From assembly GCA_007132225.1 (NCBI GenBank), contig SLPB01000028.1:25985-89984 (forward strand): a stretch of 64,000 nucleotides of DNA. The letters run 5' to 3'. Source of the stretch: Bacteroidales bacterium. GTDB taxonomy: Bacteria > Bacteroidota > Bacteroidia > Bacteroidales > PUMT01. The notes beneath the pieces are model-generated. The model was not told where the DNA came from and ran no database searches. It saw nothing but the letters and a program-made list of their open reading frames with translations. The stretch's first letter is position 1; every line of letters starts with the position of its first letter. Both the position numbers and the translations under genes were made by a program. Positions 45,840 through 56,798 of the stretch are shown one piece after another.

Positions 45840-48113
45840 ATGCAATACGCAGACCTTATTCTGCCCCTCCCCCTGCCAGGTGTATTTACCTATTCGGTTC
45901 CCTTAGAACTCCAGTCCGTTGTATTTCCGGGCAAAATAGTTATTGTTCAGTTTGGCAGAAAAAAAAGCTGTCCTGCTGTGGTAAAAAATATTCACAACAT
46001 AAAACCGGAGGGATACAGTGTAAAGGATATATCTTCGGTACCCCCTGGATTCCCTGTAATACTGCCAGTACAGATAAGATTCTGGGAGTGGCTGGCCTCC
46101 TACTACATGTGTCCGGAAGGGGAAGTGCTTAAAGCTGCACTACCCGGGGGACTGAGGCCTGCGGGCGCTGACAGCGGAGTCATAAAACCTAAAACAGAGT
46201 CTTACCTGAGTCTGCACCCCTCTGTATGCAGCAAAGATATGATCAGTCAGCTGCACGCAGGGCTTAAGAGAGCCCCTGCACAGCTGAAAATACTTACCAG
46301 CTATCTGCAGATAAGCGGATACACCGGTGCCGCCAAAGAGTCCCCCGCAATACCCAAAAGTCTTCTGGCAGGAACAGTGCCAAACAGCAGGGGCGCGGTA
46401 AAAGCGCTGGTTGACAAAAGCATATTCACTGAAACAATCCGCACCGTCTCCCGCCTTAGAGGGACAAATGCAGGGCTGAAGGAAATAAGCAGGCTCAACA
46501 GGTTTCAGGAGGAGGCACTGGCTGATATAAAAGAGCAGTTCAAAACAAAAGAGGTTGTACTGCTTAATGGTATTACATCAGGAGGGAAAACCGAAATTTA
46601 CATCCATCTGATAAAAGAACAGCTGGAAAAAGGAAAACAGGTACTCTACCTGCTGCCCGAAATTGCTCTTACTACACAGATTATTGTCAGACTGAAAAGC
46701 ATATTTTCTGATATTGCCGGTGTATACCATTCCAGGTTTTCAGATGCTGAAAGGGTTGAGATCTGGAATAAGGTGCTGAATAAGGATGATGAGGGCTACA
46801 AACTTATCCTCGGAGCAAGGTCATCACTGTTTTTACCTTTTTCTGATCTCGGACTGGTGATTGTAGATGAGGAGCATGAAAACACCTTTAAGCAGTTTGA
46901 TCCGGCCCCACGCTATAATGCTCGTGATTCAGCAACGATGCTTGCATCCATGCACGGTGCCAAAACTTTGCTGGGTACTGCCACGCCTTCGGTTGAATCA
47001 TATTTCAATGCAATCTCGGGTAAATACGGACTGGTAAACCTGCTGAAAAGATTCGAAGAGATGGAGCTTCCCCGGGTTATAATAGCCGATACCCGGGAGG
47101 CACGGAAGAAAAAAACAATGAAATCCCTTTTTACCCCGCAGCTTCTTGATGCAATACAGGAGGTGCTGGATAAGGGTGAACAGATAATCCTGTTTCAGAA
47201 CCGAAGGGGTTATGCTCCATTTATAGAATGTGCTGAGTGTGGCTGGATACCGCTCTGCCAGAACTGCGATGTAAGCATGACATACCACAAAAGCCTGAAC
47301 CAGCTTCTTTGTCACTATTGCGGAGCCTCCTTCAAGCCGGCTGCATTATGTCCGGAATGCGGCAGCCATGATATTAAAACAAAAGGATTCGGCACAGAAA
47401 AAATCGAAGATGAGGTATCATTGTTTTTTCCCAGTGCCAGGGTAGGAAGGCTTGACATTGATGCAGCCAGGAAAAAGAGAGCCCATGAAAAGATCATAGG
47501 GGAGTTTGAATCCGGCAATCTGGATATACTGGCAGGTACACAGATGATAGCCAAAGGTCTTGACTTTGGAAAAGTATCTCTTGTAGGCATACTGAATGCC
47601 GACAACCTGCTGTTCTTTCCCGACTTCAGGGCACATGAAAGAAGCTTCCAGCTGATATCACAGGTCAGCGGAAGGGCAGGCAGAAAGTTAAAGGGGGGAA
47701 GGGTGGTGATCCAGACCGGTTTTCCCGGCCATCCGGTGATAAAAAATATTATTGCCGGTAATTTTAAAAAACACTTTTCTGAGCAGCTGGCTGAACGCAG
47801 GGAGTTCCTTTACCCGCCTTTCGTGAGACTGATACGGATAACCATAAAAGATGCCAGAAAAGAAACAGTTGAGAAAGCATCTGCAACCCTTGCTGCCAGA
47901 CTCAAAAAAAGGTTCGGAAGCAGGGTTCTGGGACCGGAATATCCGCTTGTAGGAAGAATTCAGAAACGTTATGTAATGAATATAATGCTAAAAATAGAAA
48001 AAGGAGCCAACCTTTCCGCAGCACGGACCCTGATCACTGCTGAAATAGAGCGGCTGCACTCTTTGCCTGGCTTCAGATACTGCCAGGTTTACCCTGATGT
48101 CGACCCGTTTTAA
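45840..48113 (+). CDS. priA: primosomal replication-restart helicase PriA
   Basis: Walker A GITSGGKTEIY, DEEH box VIVDEEHENTFKQ, and the Cys-rich zinc region CAECGWIPLCQNCD...CHYCG...CPECGS. Confidence 0.92.
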   Translation: MQYADLILPLPLPGVFTYSVPLELQSVVFPGKIVIVQFGRKKSCPAVVKNIHNIKPEGYSVKDISSVPPGFPVILPVQIRFWEWLASYYMCPEGEVLKAALPGGLRPAGADSGVIKPKTESYLSLHPSVCSKDMISQLHAGLKRAPAQLKILTSYLQISGYTGAAKESPAIPKSLLAGTVPNSRGAVKALVDKSIFTETIRTVSRLRGTNAGLKEISRLNRFQEEALADIKEQFKTKEVVLLNGITSGGKTEIYIHLIKEQLEKGKQVLYLLPEIALTTQIIVRLKSIFSDIAGVYHSRFSDAERVEIWNKVLNKDDEGYKLILGARSSLFLPFSDLGLVIVDEEHENTFKQFDPAPRYNARDSATMLASMHGAKTLLGTATPSVESYFNAISGKYGLVNLLKRFEEMELPRVIIADTREARKKKTMKSLFTPQLLDAIQEVLDKGEQIILFQNRRGYAPFIECAECGWIPLCQNCDVSMTYHKSLNQLLCHYCGASFKPAALCPECGSHDIKTKGFGTEKIEDEVSLFFPSARVGRLDIDAARKKRAHEKIIGEFESGNLDILAGTQMIAKGLDFGKVSLVGILNADNLLFFPDFRAHERSFQLISQVSGRAGRKLKGGRVVIQTGFPGHPVIKNIIAGNFKKHFSEQLAERREFLYPPFVRLIRITIKDARKETVEKASATLAARLKKRFGSRVLGPEYPLVGRIQKRYVMNIMLKIEKGANLSAARTLITAEIERLHSLPGFRYCQVYPDVDPF

Positions 48114-48183
48114 CAGGATGATCAATATTTAGCTCTTGTGCCGTTTATTTGCAGTTTAAATAATCAGGAATTCGGCATACAAG

Positions 48184-48217
48184 CAAAAAAAATCCGGATG
48201 CCCACCGGCATCCGGAT
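48184..48217 (-). terminator. rho-independent terminator after hsp20
   Basis: Perfect 11-bp stem: ATCCGGATGCC (48192-48202) pairs with GGCATCCGGAT (48207-48217), with a 4-nt loop. A T8 tract follows on the minus strand (48184-48191). Confidence 0.85.
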
Positions 48218-48241
48218 AATACACTTTAAACCATAGCGGAC

Positions 48242-48676
48242 TTAAGAGATTTTGATCTTTCTTGCCGGCTTCTCTTTGGCTTCCTCCTTTTTGGGTATAA
48301 TTATGTTCAGAATGCCGTCCTTATGGTTCGCACTGATCCTCTCGGTGTCAACCGAATTCGGCAGACTGAAGGAACGGCTGAATGAGCTGTATGAAAATTC
48401 CCTTCTCATTATCTTCTCCTCCTTATTCTCATCCTGCTCACTCTTTTCAGATGAAATGAACAGCACATTGTTCTTTATATCAATGGTAAAGTCATCCTTG
48501 TTCAGTCCGGGTGCTGCCACCTCAATCCTGAAGTCCTCTTTGCCTTCGATAATGTTTACCGCTGGTATACATATCCCTGTCTGGTAATCATCAAAAAAAT
48601 TAGAAAGCATGTCCTTGCCAAAAAACTCGTCTACAATACTTGGCACTGATCCTCTTTTATTAAATACTGGTAACAT
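48242..48676 (-). CDS. Hsp20/alpha-crystallin small heat-shock protein
   Basis: Alpha-crystallin domain AVNIIEGKEDFRIEVAAPGLNKDDFTIDIKNNVLFISSEK...GILNIIIPK. Confidence 0.9.
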   Translation of the reverse strand: MLPVFNKRGSVPSIVDEFFGKDMLSNFFDDYQTGICIPAVNIIEGKEDFRIEVAAPGLNKDDFTIDIKNNVLFISSEKSEQDENKEEKIMRREFSYSSFSRSFSLPNSVDTERISANHKDGILNIIIPKKEEAKEKPARKIKIS

Positions 48677-48683
48677 AACTTGG

Positions 48684-48690
48684 TCCTCCC
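48684..48690 (-). promoter_or_regulatory. canonical Shine-Dalgarno sequence (GGGAGGA) 8 nt upstream of the hsp20 ATG
   Basis: The minus strand reads AUAUGGGAGGACCAAGUUAUG. None of the roughly 12 other start regions I inspected by eye has a GGAGG. Confidence 0.6.
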
Positions 48691-48905
48691 ATATTTTAAT
48701 TGTTAGACATCAAAATATTTAAATTAACAGCTTTTGTTAAGGGATTATTCAATTTATATGCCACAGTAAAAAAACAAAACCTTTACGCCATTTTGTCACC
48801 CAAAAAGGCGATCGCATGTCATAATTACGCCTTAGTGTTTCAGCAAAACCTGTTTGCGGAGGGTCTCTGACCTGCCGTGCGAACCAGGGGAAAGTCAGTC
48901 AGCAT

Positions 48906-49424
48906 TCAGCCTTCATGGTTGGTCACTGATCTTACCAGGCTTAACAGCTCCTGAATGTCAAACGCATCGGCATTATAAATAATATCAGCCTGCCGGTACC
49001 ATCCTTCCCTGCCGGCAAGAAGCTTACGGATATTGTTTTTAAGCTCATTTCCCCGCATACCTGAAACAAGCGGCCGTTCAGAGTGTTCACTGGAGAGTCT
49101 TTCGGCAAGCAGCAAAGGAGAGAGTTTGAGATATACTGTGATGCCCGCTGATTTCATTTTTTGCATATTGCCGTGAAAACATGCCGTACCTCCCCCGCAG
49201 GCAACGACAAGCTTTTCATGACCAAAGAGGCTCTTCAGCATCTCTGCCTCCACCCTACGGAAATAGTCCTCCCCCCTGAGTGCAAATATTTGAGTAATAG
49301 CCAGTCCCTCATGCTCCTCAATCAACATGTCAAGATCTGCAAACTCATATTGCAGTTTATCGGCCAGCATACGGCCGGCTGTTGTTTTTCCACTACCCAT
49401 AAATCCAATCAGGAAAATAATCAT
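48906..49424 (-). CDS. aroK: shikimate kinase
   Basis: P-loop GFMGSGKTTAGR, plus DLD and RRVE motifs. Confidence 0.88.
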   Translation of the reverse strand: MIIFLIGFMGSGKTTAGRMLADKLQYEFADLDMLIEEHEGLAITQIFALRGEDYFRRVEAEMLKSLFGHEKLVVACGGGTACFHGNMQKMKSAGITVYLKLSPLLLAERLSSEHSERPLVSGMRGNELKNNIRKLLAGREGWYRQADIIYNADAFDIQELLSLVRSVTNHEG

Positions 49425-49483
49425 GTATCCATGGTATTAATCTCAGTTATTGCTTGTCCCGGGTCACAATGATAAAAAAACTA

Positions 49484-52096
49484 TTACAATTTTAGCTTCA
49501 TCTGCTTATCATCATCCACATCAATTTGAAAAGGTTCAACCGTTTCTTCGGTATCTTTCTCCGGTCCGGGTTTAATAAGGGGTTCAAGTTCCGAAACAAT
49601 AGAAACCTCATATTTGGTAAGCCTTTTACCCCTGGCCTTATAGCCCTTGACACCGATAAAATCGGCAACCTCAATGATTTCACTGTCCCTGTCCCTATTA
49701 CTGCCCCCAAACTTAAGTTCCAGTCGCGGATATTCAACCTCGGTCAGTCTCACGAGTTTTGAGTCCTCATGCTCCCCGATGAAGCTGGTTAATTTCTCTA
49801 CAGCATCAAAAGCAAAGCGCTTCAGGTAATGATATTTCTTTTCACCGTCATAATAAACAGCAGAGAAGACCTTGTCGTACCTGTATTTTTCAAGAAGAAT
49901 TACATCTTCCTCAAAATGGTTGGTTATTTCAAAATTTGACAGCCTGAACTTTCCGGAGCGGGTTACAACCAGCAAACGGTCGTCCCGGTTGAACTCTCCG
50001 AGGAATCTGCCCCTGCCATCGGAATTAAGGCGGTTTATATCCTCATCAAACCAGATTCTTGCCCCCCCGAGGGTTGACTCCCCTTTTTCCTTAAGAGCAA
50101 TCTTATGCACATTGTGCCTGGTCAGGATATTACCAATGGAATTTTTTCCCTTTATGGAGAGCTCTCCAAAGTCTAGTTCAAACACCAGGTTTTTAAGTCG
50201 TGGTTTGGGTTTAAGGTATACCCTGACCACCTCTGCCTCACCATTGGGATTGGCACTGAAATACATGATCCGGGAATTTTTTGCACCCCTTGTAATATTA
50301 TACTCTTTGTCACGGGTAACTCCTTCTATGGAAGCTCTTTTCATCATAAAAGCACCATTAAGCCCGTCACGGTAAACTATATTGTATATGGTGCGTTTAT
50401 CATTTCTCTTGAATATAGCGATATGTATAATATTTTTACCGGTGAAAAGCTTGGGGGCAACTTTTGTAACCATGTAGGTTCCATCCTGCCGGAAAACAAT
50501 AATGTCATCAATATCAGAACAATCACATACATACTCGTCTTTTTTCAACCCTGTTCCCGCAAATCCCTCGGCCCGGTTAACATAAAGTTTTTCATTTGCC
50601 ACAACAACCTTTGAAGCCTCAATATTATCGAAACTGCGGATTTCAGTTTTTCGTTCCCTTCCCTGGCCGTATTTCTTTTTAATCCTCTTAAAATAATTTA
50701 TTGCAAAAGCTATCAGGTTATTCAGGTGATGATTTACTTCCTCCATCTCCTGCTCAATGCTCTTTATATGCTCATCCGCCCTCTTGTTATCATACTTTGA
50801 TATCCTCTTTATCTTTATCTCGGTAAGCTTGACTATATCCTCCCGGGTAACCTGCCTGAGGAGCAGCTTCTTATAAGGCTCAAGTTCACGGTCTATGGTT
50901 TCCAGCACCGACTCCCAGGTCTCACACTCCTCAATGCTCAGATAGATACGGTTCTCAATGAATATCTTTTCCAGCGATGACATATGCCACTCCTCGCTAA
51001 GCTCCGACAACCTGATCTCCAGCTCAAGCTTAAGAAGTCTTACGGTATTGTCTGTGCTGATTTTCAGCATCTCTCCCACACCGATGAACCTTGGCTTGTT
51101 ATCCTCAATAACACAGGAGTTAGGGGAAATTGAAATTTCGCAGTCGGTAAAGGCATACAATGCATCAATGGTCTTGTCGGGTGATATGCCGGGGGCAAGG
51201 TGCACCAGGACCTCTACCTTGCCAGCCGTGTTATCATCGATCTTTTTGATCTTTATCTTTCCCTTCTCGTTGGCTTTCAAAATGGAATCAATCACCGACC
51301 CGGTGGTTTTTCCAAAAGGGATATCATGGATGACCAGTGTTTTCTTATCCAGCTTTGAGATCCTGGCACGAACGCGGACTGCCCCTCCCCTTAATCCGTC
51401 ATTATAACGGGAAAAATCAGCCATCCCTCCCCCGGGAAAATCAGGAAACAGCTCAAACTCTTTGTCCTGCAAGCAGGCAATGGTGGCATCCATAAGTTCA
51501 TTGAAATTATGCGGCAACACCTTTGATGCGAGTCCAACGGCAATCCCTTCAACTCCCTGAGCCAGCAACAGTGGAAATTTGACAGGCAGTGTCACCGGCT
51601 CTTTGTTTCGGCCATCATAGGAGAGTTTCCATTCCGTGGTCTTGGGATTAAAAACCACTTCCAGGGCAAATTGCGAGAGGCGTGCTTCAATGTAACGCGA
51701 AGCGGCTGCACTGTCCCCGGTAAGAAGGTTTCCCCAGTTCCCCTGGGTCTCAACAAGCAGATCTTTTTGTCCGAGTTGCACCAGGGCATCACCTATGGAA
51801 ACATCACCATGGGGATGATACTGCATGGTGTATCCGATAATGTTGGCTACCTTGTTAAAACGTCCGTCGTCAAGCCTCTTCATGGCATGCATTATGCGCC
51901 GGTGCACCGGCTTGAGTCCGTCATGCAGATGGGGCACTGCACGCTCAAGAATTACATAGGAGGCATAATCCAGGAACCAGTCCTTGTACATTCCTGAAAG
52001 ATGAATGATCCGGGGAAAATCATTATCCCCGGATCTTTTACTGTTATCCACGGGTCCGCCCCCGTTTTGGCCATCATATTTATCCAGTTCGTCCAT
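49484..52096 (-). CDS. parC: DNA topoisomerase IV subunit A (GyrA/ParC family)
   Basis: DGLKPVHRRI, YHPHGDVSIGDALV, and active-site Tyr region AAASRYIEARL. Adjacent to the ParE-like subunit. Confidence 0.88.
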   Translation of the reverse strand: MDELDKYDGQNGGGPVDNSKRSGDNDFPRIIHLSGMYKDWFLDYASYVILERAVPHLHDGLKPVHRRIMHAMKRLDDGRFNKVANIIGYTMQYHPHGDVSIGDALVQLGQKDLLVETQGNWGNLLTGDSAAASRYIEARLSQFALEVVFNPKTTEWKLSYDGRNKEPVTLPVKFPLLLAQGVEGIAVGLASKVLPHNFNELMDATIACLQDKEFELFPDFPGGGMADFSRYNDGLRGGAVRVRARISKLDKKTLVIHDIPFGKTTGSVIDSILKANEKGKIKIKKIDDNTAGKVEVLVHLAPGISPDKTIDALYAFTDCEISISPNSCVIEDNKPRFIGVGEMLKISTDNTVRLLKLELEIRLSELSEEWHMSSLEKIFIENRIYLSIEECETWESVLETIDRELEPYKKLLLRQVTREDIVKLTEIKIKRISKYDNKRADEHIKSIEQEMEEVNHHLNNLIAFAINYFKRIKKKYGQGRERKTEIRSFDNIEASKVVVANEKLYVNRAEGFAGTGLKKDEYVCDCSDIDDIIVFRQDGTYMVTKVAPKLFTGKNIIHIAIFKRNDKRTIYNIVYRDGLNGAFMMKRASIEGVTRDKEYNITRGAKNSRIMYFSANPNGEAEVVRVYLKPKPRLKNLVFELDFGELSIKGKNSIGNILTRHNVHKIALKEKGESTLGGARIWFDEDINRLNSDGRGRFLGEFNRDDRLLVVTRSGKFRLSNFEITNHFEEDVILLEKYRYDKVFSAVYYDGEKKYHYLKRFAFDAVEKLTSFIGEHEDSKLVRLTEVEYPRLELKFGGSNRDRDSEIIEVADFIGVKGYKARGKRLTKYEVSIVSELEPLIKPGPEKDTEETVEPFQIDVDDDKQMKLKL

Positions 52097-52122
52097 TGAA
52101 ATCCTTTACCTCGTTTTAAACT

Positions 52123-53964
52123 TTATCCCACAGGAACAACATCCTCGTCCACACGGAGGTTCTCAATAATAAATTCCTGCCTTTCAGGACTGTTTTTCCC
52201 CATATAGAAAGTAAGCATATCGGCTACCATATCATCCTTCTTAAGCTGAACAGGCTCAAGTCGCATATCATCCCCTATGAAATGACTGAACTCATCGGGC
52301 GATATTTCGCCAAGGCCTTTAAACCTGGTTATCTCCGTCCTGCCACCCAGCTTTTTGTCCGCTTTTTCCTTTTCAGACTCCGAATAACAGTACAGGGTCT
52401 TAGTCTTGTTTCGTACCCTGAAAAGCGGGGTCTGCAGGATATAAAGATGCCCGTTCTTTATAAGATCGGGGAAAAACTGCAGAAAAAAGGTTATCAGAAG
52501 CAACCGGATGTGCATGCCGTCAACGTCGGCATCGGTTGCGATCACTACATTATTGTATCTCAGCTCCTCGATTCCGTCTTCAATATTAAGAGCCGCCTGA
52601 AGCAGGTTGAACTCCTCGTTCTCGTATACTATCTTCTTTGTAAGACCGTAGGTATTTAAAGGTTTGCCCTTGAGACTGAAAACTGCCTGGGTATTCACAT
52701 CACGCGATTTTGTAATTGAACCGCTGGCCGAATCACCTTCGGTAATAAATATGGTGGTGTCCAGCCGGCGATCATGGCTGGTGTTCCAGTGGGCACGGCA
52801 ATCCCTTAGTTTCTTGTTGTGCAGGTTGGCTTTTTTAGCACGTTCACGTGCAATCTTCCTTATTCCCGATATGGCCTTCCTCTCCTTTTCAGACTCAATT
52901 ATCCTTGCAAGGATCACCTCAGCTGTTTCAGGATGCTTGTGAAGGTAATTATCCAGGTTGGTGCGAAGAAAATCCATGATAAAATTCCTTACCGATGGCC
53001 CCCCGGAGCCGATATCCTTTGATCCGAGCTTGGTCTTGGTCTGTGATTCAAAGACCGGTTCCTCAACCTTGATGCTGACTGCAGCAATTATTGAGGCCCT
53101 TATATCAGAGGCATCAAAATCCTTCTTGAAAAAATCCCTTATAACCTTAACCAGGGACTCTTTGAAAGCAACCAGGTGAGTGCCTCCCTGACTGGTATTC
53201 TGACCGTTAACGAAACTGTGATACTCCTCCCCGTATTGCTTGCCATGAGTAATTGCCACTTCAATATCTGTACCCCGCAGGTGTATTATATCATAAAGCC
53301 CGGGAGAACTCATGTTCTCCTCCAGCAGATCCAGCAGTCCGTTTTTGGAAAAAAAAGATTTCCCGTTATAATTAATTTTCAAGCCTGTATTCAGATATAC
53401 ATAGTTCCTTAACATCCGCTCAACATATTCAGGGATGAACCGGAACTTGCCAAAAATATCATTATCGGGTGTAAAAACAACCTTTGTACCATTGATCTCA
53501 TCACCGGAAGAAAGCTCCTGCTCGCTTATAAGATTTCCCCGGTCAAACTCGGCCTGCCTGCAATCCTTTTCACGGTAAGACCCGATAACAAACTTTGAAG
53601 AGAGGGCATTAACGGCTTTTATGCCAACACCGTTCAGGCCTACCGACTTTTTAAACACACGGGAATCGTATTTGGCCCCGGTGTTCATCCTGGAAGCCAC
53701 ATCAACAATTTTACCCAAGGGTATGCCTCTCCCGTAATCCCTTATGGTTACCTCCTTCTCATTTATCTGAACCTCTATGGTCTTTCCATAACCCATCATG
53801 AACTCATCCACAGAATTGTCGAGCACCTCCTTAATAAGCAGGTAAATACCGTCATCAAGGGATGAGCCGTCGCCGAGTTTCCCAATGTACATACCCGGCC
53901 TTTTCCTGATATGCTCCTTCCAGTCAAGCGTGCGAATAGTATCTTCTGAATAAGCTACATTCAT
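52123..53964 (-). CDS. parE: DNA topoisomerase IV subunit B (GyrB/ParE family)
   Basis: GHKL ATPase EVLDNSVDE and Toprim [10 protein letters not shown]. The roughly 613-aa length fits ParE better than GyrB. ATG at 53964; the track start at 53973 is TTG. Confidence 0.88.
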   Translation of the reverse strand: MNVAYSEDTIRTLDWKEHIRKRPGMYIGKLGDGSSLDDGIYLLIKEVLDNSVDEFMMGYGKTIEVQINEKEVTIRDYGRGIPLGKIVDVASRMNTGAKYDSRVFKKSVGLNGVGIKAVNALSSKFVIGSYREKDCRQAEFDRGNLISEQELSSGDEINGTKVVFTPDNDIFGKFRFIPEYVERMLRNYVYLNTGLKINYNGKSFFSKNGLLDLLEENMSSPGLYDIIHLRGTDIEVAITHGKQYGEEYHSFVNGQNTSQGGTHLVAFKESLVKVIRDFFKKDFDASDIRASIIAAVSIKVEEPVFESQTKTKLGSKDIGSGGPSVRNFIMDFLRTNLDNYLHKHPETAEVILARIIESEKERKAISGIRKIARERAKKANLHNKKLRDCRAHWNTSHDRRLDTTIFITEGDSASGSITKSRDVNTQAVFSLKGKPLNTYGLTKKIVYENEEFNLLQAALNIEDGIEELRYNNVVIATDADVDGMHIRLLLITFFLQFFPDLIKNGHLYILQTPLFRVRNKTKTLYCYSESEKEKADKKLGGRTEITRFKGLGEISPDEFSHFIGDDMRLEPVQLKKDDMVADMLTFYMGKNSPERQEFIIENLRVDEDVVPVG

Positions 53965-53981
53965 TGTTTCCAAAATTTCTG

Positions 53982-53989
53982 CAAATATA
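53982..53989 (-). promoter_or_regulatory. candidate -7 box (TATATTTG) for parE-parC
   Basis: The plus strand reads CAAATATA, 18 nt upstream of the ATG at 53964. Confidence 0.45.
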
Positions 53990-54054
53990 AATAAAAGTAG
54001 TCTGGTGTGTAAAATTGTTTATCAACAAGGAATCAACAGGCAGCATCACAACTG

Positions 54055-55860
54055 TCACAACTCCTTTATAAGCCCCATCTGCCGCATCAGTATAAGAGCG
54101 TTCATTTTATGGGTAACCCCGTCCCTGAGCAGGTAGTCGAAATGCAATCTGTCATCTGCTATTTCCACTTCAAAACACTTGTTAATAATCTTTCCGGGAA
54201 AGTCATTCTCCATATCAGCAAGAGAAAGATCATGAGTGGCAATAATCCCGGAAGAGCCCATGTTCAGCATTTGCTTAAGCAGCGCTACTGAGCCCTTTTG
54301 TTTGTCAAAATTGTTCGTACCCTTTAATATCTCATCAAGCAAAACAAAAACCTCTTCTCCTTCTGCAATCCTTTCAATAAGGTGTTTAAGCCTTTTGAGC
54401 TCGGCATAGAAGTAGGATTCCTGCCTGCTAAGCGAATCACTGGTTCGCATACTTGACCAGACCTCCATAATACGGAATCTGAATTTTACGGCGCACACAG
54501 GAGCCCCAACCATCGCAAGCACCAGGGCAATACCGGTTGCACGCAGGAAGGTGCTCTTACCGGCCATATTGGCTCCGGTTATGATTACAAAACTGCCTTG
54601 GCTGTCAATTGAAAGATCATTGCATACTCTCACTTTACCAGGAATCAGCGGATGGCCGAGAGAAACTGCCTCCAGCACCGGTCCTTCTCCCACAGGTACG
54701 GGAAAAATAAACCCGGGATTATTAAAACTATATAAAGAAAAACTAATATAGGCATCCATGCGGGCTATGCTGTTCAGCCATGCCGGCACCTGTTTCCTGT
54801 GCCGGCGGTTCCACTGCTCAAGCAACAGCACACAGTTGATATCCCAAAGGAACAATCCGTTAAGTACTAAGGCAGCAATAATGTTAAGGCGGTTATCAAA
54901 GGCTTCAACAATCTTCGAGAGTTTCTTAATGTGATCCGATGGCTGCATCCCCTGGTTTTTAAGGTAACGCTGAAGGGATTTGAGAAGAGGGGCATCAAAA
55001 CTCCCTCCCTCTATTATGTGAAGCAGTCTGCCATATTTTCTAAGGCTGCTTAGTCTCTGTGTCACCAGTACATGCTTCTCATTTATGGGCTTCAGCAGGG
55101 TGCCGGTTAAACCAAGCTGTCCGAGAAAGAAAATTAAAAAAACAAAAAAGGGAAGTATCCCTGTAATTACCAGGGAAAGCAATGCCAGGGTCAGGGCAGG
55201 CAGGAATTTTGACATAAACCACATTCCCTTAAGCCTGGTTAGATGTGAAGGTGAGTTTAAATATTTAATAAGCTGATTGCTGTCCTGGGGTTCTTCCCTG
55301 TGCATCATGCCGGTGGCGATGAAATGCTGACAGAAGTCAGGACTGCTGCTGAGTTCCCTGAAAGCCTTCTGCCTTCGGGTTATAGTAGATGATTCTGTGG
55401 CAGGGTTAAGCAGTATCTGTGCCAGGTTATCCATACCTTTAATTGTCACACAGCGGTTGATCTTCTGGAAAAGAGAGTCAGTACCGAATATATCAAAATC
55501 AAAGGAATAGCGATGGTCAGGATCAATGTATTGGCTGCCGTCAGCAAAGTTACCATGATTGCCTCTTTTTGCCTCTATCTCATGCAGATTGATACTGAGC
55601 AGGCAGGAGAGGTATTTATTCCTGTTCTCAAGTGCAGTGAACTTTTTCAGCAAAACCAAAAAAATAGCCAGGAACAGAATAAAAAGTAAAATGGCAACCA
55701 AAAGGTGATCGGCAATAAAGATAAGGGGAATGAAAACCATCAGGCTAAAGGCAAAAAGCCTCAAAAAAACAAAGGTCCTCTGGATCTTTTTGATTCTTTT
55801 TATTTTATCTGAATACTCGGCATGCTTTGACTTGTAATAAGAGAGGGCCGTATCTGACAT
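54055..55860 (-). CDS. membrane-anchored MutS-related protein (MutS ATPase domain V only)
   Basis: Several predicted TM helices in the N-terminal half. C-terminal Walker A ITGANMAGKSTFLRA and DEILKGTN. No mismatch-binding domain is recognisable. Confidence 0.72.
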   Translation of the reverse strand: MSDTALSYYKSKHAEYSDKIKRIKKIQRTFVFLRLFAFSLMVFIPLIFIADHLLVAILLFILFLAIFLVLLKKFTALENRNKYLSCLLSINLHEIEAKRGNHGNFADGSQYIDPDHRYSFDFDIFGTDSLFQKINRCVTIKGMDNLAQILLNPATESSTITRRQKAFRELSSSPDFCQHFIATGMMHREEPQDSNQLIKYLNSPSHLTRLKGMWFMSKFLPALTLALLSLVITGILPFFVFLIFFLGQLGLTGTLLKPINEKHVLVTQRLSSLRKYGRLLHIIEGGSFDAPLLKSLQRYLKNQGMQPSDHIKKLSKIVEAFDNRLNIIAALVLNGLFLWDINCVLLLEQWNRRHRKQVPAWLNSIARMDAYISFSLYSFNNPGFIFPVPVGEGPVLEAVSLGHPLIPGKVRVCNDLSIDSQGSFVIITGANMAGKSTFLRATGIALVLAMVGAPVCAVKFRFRIMEVWSSMRTSDSLSRQESYFYAELKRLKHLIERIAEGEEVFVLLDEILKGTNNFDKQKGSVALLKQMLNMGSSGIIATHDLSLADMENDFPGKIINKCFEVEIADDRLHFDYLLRDGVTHKMNALILMRQMGLIKEL

Positions 55861-55891
55861 GATAATGATATATGTTATAATACTTAATTCT

Positions 55892-56629
55892 TTATGACCG
55901 TCTCAAATCAGCAAGGGCCGACTCCATTAATCCCCTGACCTTGTTACTCAGCTCCTGGGAATCAATATCTTCAAACTCATCAGGCATGACCGGCTCCAGC
56001 ACCCTTACCCTGATAAGGCTCTTTTTATGTATTACAAAGCCTTTTTTGGGAAGAGACTCACCGGTACCATCCAGCACTACAGGAAGTATGGGAGACTTAG
56101 TCTGTTTGGCAAGAGTAAAGGCCCCCTCCTTAAATTTCTGAAGGTTCCCGTCAGTGGTGCGTGTTCCTTCAGGAAAGATCATAATCGAACTGCCCTTTTC
56201 AATATGATGCCGGCAATCACTCATCATTTTAATAATACTTTTTCTGTTTGCCCTGTCTATCACCACATATCTGTTAAGGATCATATTCCATCCTATGAAC
56301 GGAACATAAAGATTCTCTTTTTTTGACACCCATTTGAAATGAAAAAAAAGAGAGTGAATAACAGGGATGTCAAGCATGGACTGGTGGTTTGATACTGCAA
56401 CATAAACCTGTGAATGGTCTATATTCTCCCTGCCTTCAATCCGCAAATCCCAAAACGGATTAAGCCACAGGTAAATTGATGCCCACCAGCACGAGTACCG
56501 GTGCTGCAACCAGAGCCTCTTATCAAAGGGAAAAGTAAAGAGCCACAAAACAAATGCCCCCAGGAAAATAATTATACTGGAAACTATTATAAACAGCCAG
56601 AACAATAAGGAAAAAATAATATACCCCAT
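55892..56629 (-). CDS. plsC: 1-acyl-sn-glycerol-3-phosphate acyltransferase
   Basis: HX4D motif NHQSMLD and FPEGTRT. Confidence 0.85.
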   Translation of the reverse strand: MGYIIFSLLFWLFIIVSSIIIFLGAFVLWLFTFPFDKRLWLQHRYSCWWASIYLWLNPFWDLRIEGRENIDHSQVYVAVSNHQSMLDIPVIHSLFFHFKWVSKKENLYVPFIGWNMILNRYVVIDRANRKSIIKMMSDCRHHIEKGSSIMIFPEGTRTTDGNLQKFKEGAFTLAKQTKSPILPVVLDGTGESLPKKGFVIHKKSLIRVRVLEPVMPDEFEDIDSQELSNKVRGLMESALADLRRS

Positions 56630-56798
56630 GATATTTTAAACGAAATTAAAAAAATAACTACCCCTGAATTATAAGAAAGGTCCCGATAATATTTTTCACC
56701 TTAAATCTAAGGGAACTTTCTGAAACGGCAAATTTTTCAGCCCCCTGATCATTACACTGGAGCCGGTCTGATTCTCCGGTTCCTTAATTGAAGCCGGT

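Noticed and set aside
48808-48815. GCGATCGC, a HIP1-like octamer palindrome, between aroK and hsp20.
   Set aside because: I noticed only this single occurrence. HIP1 is meaningful only as a highly iterated element in cyanobacteria.
48888-48900. GGGGAAAGTCAG, which is reminiscent of the RNase P GAGGAAAGTCC motif.
   Set aside because: It is not an exact match, the surrounding sequence lacks the other conserved RNase P helices, and the 229-nt gap is too short for RNase P RNA.
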